A stretch of DNA of 64,000 bases from positions 111,762 to 175,761 of the forward strand of contig NZCT01000024.1 of assembly GCA_002688355.1 (NCBI GenBank). Direction: 5' to 3'. Positions 46,576-54,271 of this stretch are shown piece by piece. The DNA is from an archaeon. GTDB taxonomy: Archaea; Nanobdellota; Nanobdellia; SCGC-AAA011-G17; GW2011-AR20. Position 1 is the first letter of the stretch. Each line of letters opens with the position of its first letter. The position numbers were made by a program, and so were the translations under genes. Under the pieces are notes generated by a model that searched no databases, had not been told where the DNA came from, and saw only the letters and a program-made list of their open reading frames with translations.

Positions 46576-47294
46576 ATAGACAATCCACCATTAACATTTA
46601 TTACTTGTCCTGTAACATAATCATTTGTCAATAAAAATATTACAGAATGTGCAATTTCTTCAGCTTTTCCCACTCTCTTCAAAGGTATATTCTCTAAAAA
46701 TTTACTTAAAACATCTTCAGGAATAGCACTTCCTAATCCTGTATCTATAACACCAGGAGCTACCGCATTAACAGTAATTCCTTTACCAGAAACTTCTCTA
46801 GCTAATGCCTTCGTAAAGCCAATAACACCTGCTTTAGCTGCAGAATAATTTGTTTGTCCAAAGAAACCTATTTGTCCAGAAACACTCGATATATTAATAA
46901 TTTTACCATAATTATTCTTAAGCATTTCCTCTACAACAGGTTTAGTAACATTAAACATACTATTCAAATTAGTATCAATAACTTTATCCCATTCTTCCTT
47001 TCCCATGTTCTTAAAAGTCTTATCTTGTGAAATTCCAGCATTATTAATTAAAAAATCAATTTTCCCATATTTAGAAATTATACTACCAATCATTTCTTTA
47101 CATTCTTCAACATTACAAACATCTGCCTTAAAAGTCATTCCATTAGTTAATTTAGAAACTTCTTCTGCATTGTCCTTATCCTTAGAATAATTTACTATAA
47201 CTTTACAACCTTTTTTAGCTAATTCCATAGCTATTACTTTTCCAATACCTCTAGAAGATCCTGTTATTAATGCAATTTTATCTTTTAATTTCAT
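46572..47294 (-). CDS. Short-chain dehydrogenase/reductase (FabG-like 3-oxoacyl reductase)
   Basis: KIALITGSSRGIGKVIAMELAKKG, NNAG, and S...YSAAK catalytic triad region. Confidence 0.75.
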   Translation of the reverse strand: MKLKDKIALITGSSRGIGKVIAMELAKKGCKVIVNYSKDKDNAEEVSKLTNGMTFKADVCNVEECKEMIGSIISKYGKIDFLINNAGISQDKTFKNMGKEEWDKVIDTNLNSMFNVTKPVVEEMLKNNYGKIINISSVSGQIGFFGQTNYSAAKAGVIGFTKALAREVSGKGITVNAVAPGVIDTGLGSAIPEDVLSKFLENIPLKRVGKAEEIAHSVIFLLTNDYVTGQVINVNGGLSI

Positions 47295-47307
47295 TTTATT
47301 TCCATTG

Positions 47308-47565
47308 TTAGTCAGATCTACAACTTAATTTTCTTAAAGATTCTATTGATGGTTTAGTTTCACAACTAAGTTTATTTATAGAATCAATTAATAGATTAAG
47401 CTGATCATTTAAAATTTCATACATTACATCTTGTTTAGATTCTGGTAGTAAAGAAATTTCATCCATAGGCAATAATAACAAGTCATGTATTTCGCATATT
47501 TCTCTTTCATTATACTTTCCATCATATTTATTTGTTAAATAAGATAATATATTTTGATCTGCCAT
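47308..47565 (-). CDS. Small acidic hypothetical protein, possible acyl-carrier-protein-like
   Basis: 85 aa; LLPMDEISLLPESKQDVMYEILNDQ loosely resembles the ACP DSL...VELVM region. It lies between the FabG-like and FkbH-like genes. Very tentative. Confidence 0.25.
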   Translation of the reverse strand: MADQNILSYLTNKYDGKYNEREICEIHDLLLLPMDEISLLPESKQDVMYEILNDQLNLLIDSINKLSCETKPSIESLRKLSCRSD

Positions 47566-47603
47566 AACTATAATTTATATGAGAAATATTTATAAGTTTA
47601 TTC

Positions 47604-48638
47604 TTATTTTCTTTCAATATCCAACCAATTATGATATTCAGGTAATTCATCTTGAAGTGAATAACCATAAGTTATCTCATTTTCCTTCTTATTAATAACT
47701 TTAAATCCTCTTTTTAAATACAAAGGTTTCATCCTCCAATTACTCTCAATCTCTTTTAAGATACCTTTAATATTTTTAGCACCTTTTTCTTTAGCATAAT
47801 TCATTATAGCAATTAGCAAAGCACTTCCAATACCTCTTCCCATTGTTCTGCATGAAACAGTTAAATCTTTTATCTCCCATTCACTTGTTCTCGTATCAAC
47901 CATAACTTCAGCAATCAAACCATAATCGCCAAATTTATCATTTAATTCAGCAACGAAAATTTCTATTTCTTTATCATCATAAGATTTCTTCAATTTATCA
48001 AATTCATATCTATTTCCCGTAACGTTTAATTCATTAGTTCTATTAAATAATTGAACAACTCTTTCCCAATCTTTCTCCTCAACAGTTCTTATAGTCATTT
48101 TTATTCCACAATTCTTCAAAAAATCCTTATAATTACCATCTCTATTCTCTTCAGCTTGCTCTCTATCTCTCTGTTCTTTCAATAAACTAACTCTATTCTT
48201 GTCAGCATCAGTCTCACTATCCAATTTCATAAAATCTAAATCTAAGATATCTAAAGGATCTTTTACTTCAATAATATTTAACCCAGGAATTTGAGATGAA
48301 ACTTCAGCTCTTTGAAATGCATCATCATCCACAAAACAAATCTCCTTAGCGGTTAAATTATATTTCTGCATTAATTTTTTAATATTATCAGATTTCAATC
48401 CCCAATTTATTTCAGCACTATCAAAATATTTCTTAATTCCAAATCTCTCAAGCATCTTATCAGCATCTTCATAATAGTTCTTACTACAAATACTATTTTT
48501 TATATCTCTTTTAGTAATTTCTTTTAAAGTTGCCTCAGTCCCAGGTTTTAATTTAACATTATCTCTATCTTTATAGAAAACAGTTCCATCCCATAATGTA
48601 TTGTCCAAATCCCATACAACTAGTTTTACTTTTAACAT
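47604..48638 (-). CDS. FkbH-like HAD-IIIC phosphatase domain fused to GNAT-like domain
   Basis: MLKVKLVVWDLDNTLWDG (HAD motif I, typical of FkbH/IIIC). The C-terminal GNAT-like segment reads TMGRGIGSALLIAIMNYAKEKGAKNIKG. Confidence 0.55.
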   Translation of the reverse strand: MLKVKLVVWDLDNTLWDGTVFYKDRDNVKLKPGTEATLKEITKRDIKNSICSKNYYEDADKMLERFGIKKYFDSAEINWGLKSDNIKKLMQKYNLTAKEICFVDDDAFQRAEVSSQIPGLNIIEVKDPLDILDLDFMKLDSETDADKNRVSLLKEQRDREQAEENRDGNYKDFLKNCGIKMTIRTVEEKDWERVVQLFNRTNELNVTGNRYEFDKLKKSYDDKEIEIFVAELNDKFGDYGLIAEVMVDTRTSEWEIKDLTVSCRTMGRGIGSALLIAIMNYAKEKGAKNIKGILKEIESNWRMKPLYLKRGFKVINKKENEITYGYSLQDELPEYHNWLDIERK

Positions 48639-49756
48639 TTTAATGCTTCTATTGGTGCTAATTTATTACCAGATAAAAATTCAATAGCTGCTCCACCTCC
48701 TGTGGATACATAAGTAAATTTACTCTTCAATTTATTTAAAACTGTTTCGGTGTCTCCTCCACAGATTATTATAGTCTTATCACTATTAGCTAAATATTTT
48801 CCTAACTCTAAAGTTCCTTTAGCAAATTCCTCTTCTTGATAATAACCTAAAGGACCACTAAAAATAACTGTATTTGCCTTATCTAAATATTCCTTAAACA
48901 ATTCAATACTTTTAACTCCAAGGTCCAAACCTTCACAATTAATATCAATATTCTCAATATCTAAATTAATATTTTTATCTTCATTCTTACAATTAATATC
49001 AATTGGTAATATTATTTTCTTACTTTTCATTAACTCTCTTGCATCATCTAAGAAATTATCATCACTAAAACTTTTCCCAATTTCATATCCTTTTGCTTTC
49101 AAAAAAACATAAGCTAACGCACCACCAACCAATAAATAATCAACTTTCCTTAACAACTTAAAAATTAAAGGAAATTTGGTTGATATTTTAGATCCTCCAA
49201 TAATTCCTACAATAGGTTTCTCCTTATTTTCTAAAGATAAATTAGAAATTTCTTTTTCAACTAACAATCCCATACAGTTAGGAATATATTTTTGTACAGA
49301 AACAGTTGAAGCATGTTCCCTATAACTACCAAATGCATCATAAACATAAATCTCTCCATGTCTTGAAAGTTTCTTAGCAAATTCTTGATCATTCAATTCT
49401 TCCTCTTTATGAAATCTTAAATTTTCAAGTAAAACAATTTTCTTATCACTAGGAATCTCAATATCAATACAATCATCCATTTTTACAAGATCTATTTCAA
49501 GAATCTCTTTTAGTCTTTCAGAAATCTTATTCATTTTCAATTTCTCATCAAAACCATTAGGTCTTCCCAAATGACTCATTAAAACAATTTGTTTACAATT
49601 ATTATCAAGAATATATTTGATTGTAGAGATAGATTCTCTAATCTTATTATCAGAAATTATTTCTGCTCCTTCATCTAATGGAACATTAAAATCAACTCTA
49701 ATCAAAACTCTTTTTCCTTCAAAATTAAAATCTTTAACAGTCTTTATATCATTCAT
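48632..49756 (-). CDS. pgk: Phosphoglycerate kinase
   Basis: KRVLIRVDFNVPLDEGAEIISDNKIRESISTIKYILDNNCKQIVLMSHLGRP matches the PGK N-terminal signature. C-terminal GGGAAIEFL matches the PGK GGGA motif. Its stop overlaps the FkbH-like start by 7 bp. Confidence 0.75.
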   Translation of the reverse strand: MNDIKTVKDFNFEGKRVLIRVDFNVPLDEGAEIISDNKIRESISTIKYILDNNCKQIVLMSHLGRPNGFDEKLKMNKISERLKEILEIDLVKMDDCIDIEIPSDKKIVLLENLRFHKEEELNDQEFAKKLSRHGEIYVYDAFGSYREHASTVSVQKYIPNCMGLLVEKEISNLSLENKEKPIVGIIGGSKISTKFPLIFKLLRKVDYLLVGGALAYVFLKAKGYEIGKSFSDDNFLDDARELMKSKKIILPIDINCKNEDKNINLDIENIDINCEGLDLGVKSIELFKEYLDKANTVIFSGPLGYYQEEEFAKGTLELGKYLANSDKTIIICGGDTETVLNKLKSKFTYVSTGGGAAIEFLSGNKLAPIEALKC

Positions 49757-49807
49757 TAAAATACAGTCAATACCAAGACTTAAAAATATTTTTAATTCAT
49801 TTATCCT

Positions 49808-50935
49808 ATGAAAATAGGTTTTTTAATAGAAAATTTCTACCCAACAACAGGTGGAGCTGAAAATAATTGTTTTTACTTAGCTAAAGAACTGTCAAAAAAT
49901 CATGAAATTCATATTTATACATCTAAACCAGAAAACACAAAAAGTTACGAAATTATTAACAATCTACATATTCACAGATATAAAACATTATTCAAATACA
50001 AATATTATCTAAGCTTTACACCAGGATTAATAAAAGTAATAAATACTGATTTAGATATACTACACATCCATAGTCTAGGTTTTCCTTATCATGATTTAAT
50101 AATTCTACTACTTAAATTATTCAATAAAAATGTGAAATTAGTAAACACACCACATGGCCCGTTCATGGCTCTTACCATTTATCCTTTACATTTAAAATTA
50201 ATAAAAAATATAACAGAACGCCTAGAAAAACCAATAAATAATCTTTACGATAAAGTAATTCAAGTTAATCCTTACCAATATCAATGGATGACAACTCTCG
50301 GAATTAAAAAAAATAAAATAGAATTTATTCCAAATGGCATTGAAGAAGATTCCTTTAATAAAATAAATGAAAAATTAGATTTAGAAAAACAATTAAAAAA
50401 TAAAACTGTAATATCTTACATAGGCAGAATTGACAAATACAAAGGCTTAGATCAAATAATAAAACTACTACCAAAATTTAAAGATTTAATATTTATTGCA
50501 ATAGGCCAAGACGTTGGAGATAAAAAAAGACTAGAAAATCTATCAACAAATCTAAAAGTCCAAAACCAAATTATCTTTACAGGAAAAGTTTCAGAAGAGG
50601 AAAAACTAAGAATACTACAAATATCAAATTTATTTATCTTACCAAGTGATTGGGAAGCATTTGGAATTGTAATGTTAGAAGCAATGGCTCAAGAGAATAT
50701 AATAATCTCAACAACCACAGAAGGTGGAAAATTCTTAATAAAAGAAAATGAAAACGGTTTTTTATATGATTTTAACAATTTAACCCAATTAGAATCCATC
50801 TTAAACAAAATACTAAAAAACAAAAAACAACAAGAAATCATAATTAAAAACAATCTAAAAAAATCAAAAGAATTCTTATGGAAAAATATATCCAAAGATC
50901 TAGAAAAATTATATCAATCATTAGCCCATAAATAG
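49808..50935 (+). CDS. Glycosyltransferase family 4
   Basis: MKIGFLIENFYPTTGGAENNCFYLAKELSK, with C-terminal GT-B motifs (EAFGIVMLEAMA). Confidence 0.65.
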   Translation: MKIGFLIENFYPTTGGAENNCFYLAKELSKNHEIHIYTSKPENTKSYEIINNLHIHRYKTLFKYKYYLSFTPGLIKVINTDLDILHIHSLGFPYHDLIILLLKLFNKNVKLVNTPHGPFMALTIYPLHLKLIKNITERLEKPINNLYDKVIQVNPYQYQWMTTLGIKKNKIEFIPNGIEEDSFNKINEKLDLEKQLKNKTVISYIGRIDKYKGLDQIIKLLPKFKDLIFIAIGQDVGDKKRLENLSTNLKVQNQIIFTGKVSEEEKLRILQISNLFILPSDWEAFGIVMLEAMAQENIIISTTTEGGKFLIKENENGFLYDFNNLTQLESILNKILKNKKQQEIIIKNNLKKSKEFLWKNISKDLEKLYQSLAHK

Positions 50936-50965
50936 CTATATAAAATTATTTCTTGACCAAATACT

Positions 50966-52093
50966 ATGAAAATTGCCCATATATGTCCATTCTACAAACC
51001 ATCTATAGGTGGAGTAGAACAAGTTGTAGAAGAATTAGGTAAAAGACAAATCTCAAAAGGAAACGAAGTTCATGTCTTTACTTCAGATTGGGATAAAAAC
51101 ACTAGGATTAAAAAAAAATACGAGCTTATAGATGGAATACACGTACATAGATCTTATCATTTTTTTAAAGTTGCTAATTTCGCAAGTTTTTGGCCATCTG
51201 TTTTTCTAAAACTATACAAACAAAAATTTGACATCATTCATACACATGTATTTGGTCATCTTCATGTTTTCCTTGCGTCGTTAGTTGGAAAATTAACAAA
51301 TACAAAATTAGTACACACAACACATTGTCCATGGACTAATATAAATAGATCTTTCTTAGGAGAATTATTAATTAAATTAACATACAGCACTTTCAGTAGT
51401 TTAGCTTTAAACTGGAATAATAAAATTATAGCAATAACGCCTTGGGAATTAAAATTCATTAAAAAATATACTAAAACACCAATAGAAGTAATCCCAAATG
51501 GTGTGGATCAATTATTATACAAACAAATTAAAGATAATAATTTCAAAAAAGAACATAACGTAAAAGATAAACTAGTTTTATTCTTTGGAAGATTTAACAT
51601 TACAAAAGGTCCTGATAAACTAGTTATAGTAGCAAAAGAAATTCTAAAAGAAAGAAAAGATATTGATTTTATTTTTGTAGGTCCAGATGAAGGGATTAAA
51701 GATAAAGTTATCTCTCTAGCCAAAGGTGTAAAAAAAATACAAATCTTAGCTCCAATAAGAGATAGAAAAAAAGTAGCAGAAATGTATCAAGCAGCAGATG
51801 TTTTCGCTATGCCATCATTTAGAGAAGGTCTTCCACTAACTTTATTTGAAGCCATGGCATCTCAAGTACCAGTAATAGCTTCTCCAGTAAATGGAATACC
51901 TTATGAAATGAAAGATGATTACAATGGTTTCTTAGTAAAATATAATGATCTAAAAACTTTAAAAGAAAAAATCATAGCAGTTCTAGATAATAAAACTCTA
52001 TCAAATAAATTTAGAAAAAATAATAAAATCACAGCAGAAAAATATAATTGGGATATTATCGAGGATAAAACAAATAAAATTTATCAAAACTAA
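50966..52093 (+). CDS. Glycosyltransferase family 4
   Basis: MKIAHICPFYKPSIGGVEQVV... and C-terminal PSFREGLPLTLFEAMASQVPVIAS. Confidence 0.7.
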   Translation: MKIAHICPFYKPSIGGVEQVVEELGKRQISKGNEVHVFTSDWDKNTRIKKKYELIDGIHVHRSYHFFKVANFASFWPSVFLKLYKQKFDIIHTHVFGHLHVFLASLVGKLTNTKLVHTTHCPWTNINRSFLGELLIKLTYSTFSSLALNWNNKIIAITPWELKFIKKYTKTPIEVIPNGVDQLLYKQIKDNNFKKEHNVKDKLVLFFGRFNITKGPDKLVIVAKEILKERKDIDFIFVGPDEGIKDKVISLAKGVKKIQILAPIRDRKKVAEMYQAADVFAMPSFREGLPLTLFEAMASQVPVIASPVNGIPYEMKDDYNGFLVKYNDLKTLKEKIIAVLDNKTLSNKFRKNNKITAEKYNWDIIEDKTNKIYQN

Positions 52094-52815
52094 ACTAATC
52101 CTTTCTTTTTAATTTCCCAATAATCAAAAGGTCTTTTCAAATATAAATGTTTACATTTAACATTAGTATCTAAATAAAATTTAACCCCTTCTTTAGCTAA
52201 ATCAAAACCTAACCATCTATCATCCCATGAATCTATCTTCTCATCATATCTAAATTTTATTTTCTCCATTACTTTCTTACTTAAAAAAACACAACCCATA
52301 CCAGAAAATGCTATCTCAATTAATTTATCATTCCAAGTTTCCTCATCATTCAAATACCTAACATCTCCCCAATGTCCTTGATTTTTATTCATAAAGGCCC
52401 ATGCAAAAGGCATTACTTTATTTTCTCCATTAGGCAATTGATGATGTCCAAAGTACAAACCAGAAATTGCATCTTTCCCTCTAAAAAGTAATTTTTCTAA
52501 AACATCTTTAGGAACTATAATATCTTGATCTAAAACTAACAAATAATCAAAATTATTACTTAGCATATATTCTCTTAATTTATTATGAGCTTCAATAACT
52601 CTTGCTCTCATCTTCTCTAAATATGGTATTCTTCTAACATTTACATCTAAAGACTTTATTTTATTAAAGAAATTTTCTTCTTTTGAATTATCTACAAGTA
52701 AAATTTCATAGTTCTTGTAACTTAAATTTCTTATCCTCTCTAAGAACTCGTCAAAACAATATTCATATAAATTACATACTGGAACTCCAATTAAAACTTT
52801 AGGTGTACTTTCCAT
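52090..52815 (-). CDS. Glycosyltransferase family 2-like (GT-A) protein
   Basis: LIGVPVCNLYEYCFDEFLERIRNLSYKNYEILLVDNS...LVLDQD. A GT-A N-terminal pattern with DxD. Confidence 0.45.
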   Translation of the reverse strand: MESTPKVLIGVPVCNLYEYCFDEFLERIRNLSYKNYEILLVDNSKEENFFNKIKSLDVNVRRIPYLEKMRARVIEAHNKLREYMLSNNFDYLLVLDQDIIVPKDVLEKLLFRGKDAISGLYFGHHQLPNGENKVMPFAWAFMNKNQGHWGDVRYLNDEETWNDKLIEIAFSGMGCVFLSKKVMEKIKFRYDEKIDSWDDRWLGFDLAKEGVKFYLDTNVKCKHLYLKRPFDYWEIKKKGLV

Positions 52816-52857
52816 AAAATAAATTAAACAATAAAATTAATAAAACTTTATAATAAA

Positions 52858-52941
52858 CGCCGACGCTCGGATTTGAACCAAGATATCCTTTCGGAAACCA
52901 GCTCTCAAGGCTGGCGCAATACCGGATTATGCGACGTCGGC
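52858..52941 (-). tRNA. tRNA-Ser: tRNA-Ser (anticodon UGA) with long variable arm, no intron, CCA not encoded
   Basis: The reverse complement reads GCCGACG-UCGCAUAAUCCGGUAUUGCG-CCAGC-CUUGAGA-GCUGG-UUUCCGAAAGGAUAUC-UUGG-UUCAAAU-CCGAG-CGUCGGC-G. The 7-bp acceptor stem pairs, the anticodon loop has UGA centred, there is a 16-17 nt variable arm, and the T-loop is UUCAAAU. Confidence 0.8.
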
Positions 52942-52984
52942 ATAGTATAAAATAGAAAATAGAACCTTATAAATTTTTAGGTAA

Positions 52985-53641
52985 CTAGTTACTTGGTAAA
53001 ACATTTAAAAGAGTGTAAGCAAGTTTATCAGCTGCTTTAATTAATTCATCAGAGTCCTTACCCTCAACTATAATACATTCATCTTCAGATGTAACTGAAG
53101 TTGTTTCTCCAATTCTAAACAATATAACACCTATCCTTGAACTAGTACTCTTACAAGTCTTAACAGGTCTAGAAGTACCAGTCTCAACAGTCGTAGCAAC
53201 TTCTGTAGGAATTTTAAATATACCCCACTCAGCATTACCCACTACTCTTCCAACTTCAACTGTAGCTAAAACAGCCTTAGCGTCTAGTTCTGGATTTATA
53301 GTTATAAACAACTTTTCCTTACTAATTATTTTTTTTCTTACATCATCCTCTATAAATAAATCCTCTAATTCTTTAGGTCCATTCCTAAAAGAAGTATCAT
53401 AAATATGCCCAATTCCTTGAAAAACAGTATATGTAGTCAATTTATGCATAGTTAGCTCATCATTAATTTCTCTTGTTGTAAAAGGGAATTTCTCTCCTGT
53501 TTCTTTATTTTTATAAGAATACTCATTATCAAAGAAAACACCACCAATAAGATAAATGCTCCCTAATAAAACTATAAAAAACACTATAACATACATGAAA
53601 TTATTTATTCTTCTATTCTTCAAACTAGTTTCTTCATTCAT
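52985..53641 (-). CDS. Hypothetical membrane-anchored protein (single N-terminal TM helix)
   Basis: N-terminal hydrophobic segment FMYVIVFFIVLLGSIYLIGGVFF followed by a ~180-aa soluble domain. The gene is downstream of and co-oriented with the S-layer-like gene. Confidence 0.3.
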   Translation of the reverse strand: MNEETSLKNRRINNFMYVIVFFIVLLGSIYLIGGVFFDNEYSYKNKETGEKFPFTTREINDELTMHKLTTYTVFQGIGHIYDTSFRNGPKELEDLFIEDDVRKKIISKEKLFITINPELDAKAVLATVEVGRVVGNAEWGIFKIPTEVATTVETGTSRPVKTCKSTSSRIGVILFRIGETTSVTSEDECIIVEGKDSDELIKAADKLAYTLLNVLPSN

Positions 53642-54189
53642 TCTATCCCTAGGAATCTATAGTTTAATTTATCAATGTATCTATCAAGTTCAATATCATC
53701 ACCTTGTAAAACTAGGCACTTATTATCAATATAACTCTCACTTTGATTATCTTTTTTTAAGTATATAGCATCACTATTACAATCTCTAACAGGAATATCT
53801 AAATCACAATTCTCTTCCCCACTACACGCAAATACAGGCCGTATGCTTAAAGATGTTAGCCCAACTGCAGTTTTCTGCATCAAGAAATTAAAGCTCTCAT
53901 CATTATCTTCTGGGTCAAATATAATATACATTTTATCTGTAAAAAAACTAAATTCAGGAACTATAATATCCACTAATGTATCAGGAAGATAACTAAAAAC
54001 AACTTGCACTCCATTTCTATCAACAAACCAAAGACCATTATTAGCTTGTTGTATCTCTACTCCATTTACATTAACAGAATTACCATTATTACCACTAGAA
54101 TCATTTCCATAAGGTAAAATAAAACCTAACACACTACTTACCATTAAAAATATAATAATTGAACCAAAAATAATTTTTTTCTTGTCCAT
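53638..54189 (-). CDS. Hypothetical secreted/anchored protein (N-terminal signal/TM)
   Basis: MDKKKIIFGSIIIFLMVSSVLGFIL signal/anchor segment, then an Asn/Gly-rich linker, with Cys pairs in the C-terminal half. Confidence 0.3.
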   Translation of the reverse strand: MDKKKIIFGSIIIFLMVSSVLGFILPYGNDSSGNNGNSVNVNGVEIQQANNGLWFVDRNGVQVVFSYLPDTLVDIIVPEFSFFTDKMYIIFDPEDNDESFNFLMQKTAVGLTSLSIRPVFACSGEENCDLDIPVRDCNSDAIYLKKDNQSESYIDNKCLVLQGDDIELDRYIDKLNYRFLGIE

Positions 54190-54240
54190 AGTAAATTAGA
54201 AAATCTAAACATTAAAAAAACTTTCTCTTAAAATTTAAAA

Positions 54241-54268
54241 AATATAATAAAAAAAGAAAAAAGGGTGG
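54241..54268 (-). terminator. Oligo-T tract terminator candidate downstream of the S-layer-like gene
   Basis: Immediately after the TAA stop (54272-54274) the minus strand reads AGCCACCCTTTTTTCTTTTTTTATTATATT. Consecutive T tracts are typical of archaeal intrinsic termination. Confidence 0.4.
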
Positions 54269-54271
54269 CTA

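Noticed and set aside
48632-49756. Treating phosphoglycerate kinase as merely a housekeeping glycolytic gene
   Set aside because: This remains possible. The 7-bp overlap with an FkbH-like 1,3-BPG-utilising enzyme makes a dedicated role worth reporting. It is recorded as a finding with this alternative stated.
52858-52941. Possibility that the tRNA-like sequence is a tRNA-derived att fragment or pseudogene
   Set aside because: All four arms pair. The acceptor is 7 bp with a G discriminator, the anticodon loop is CUUGAGA with UGA, there is a 16-17 nt variable arm, and the T-loop is UUCAAAU. The length of 84 nt fits a class II tRNA-Ser, so an intact gene is the better call.
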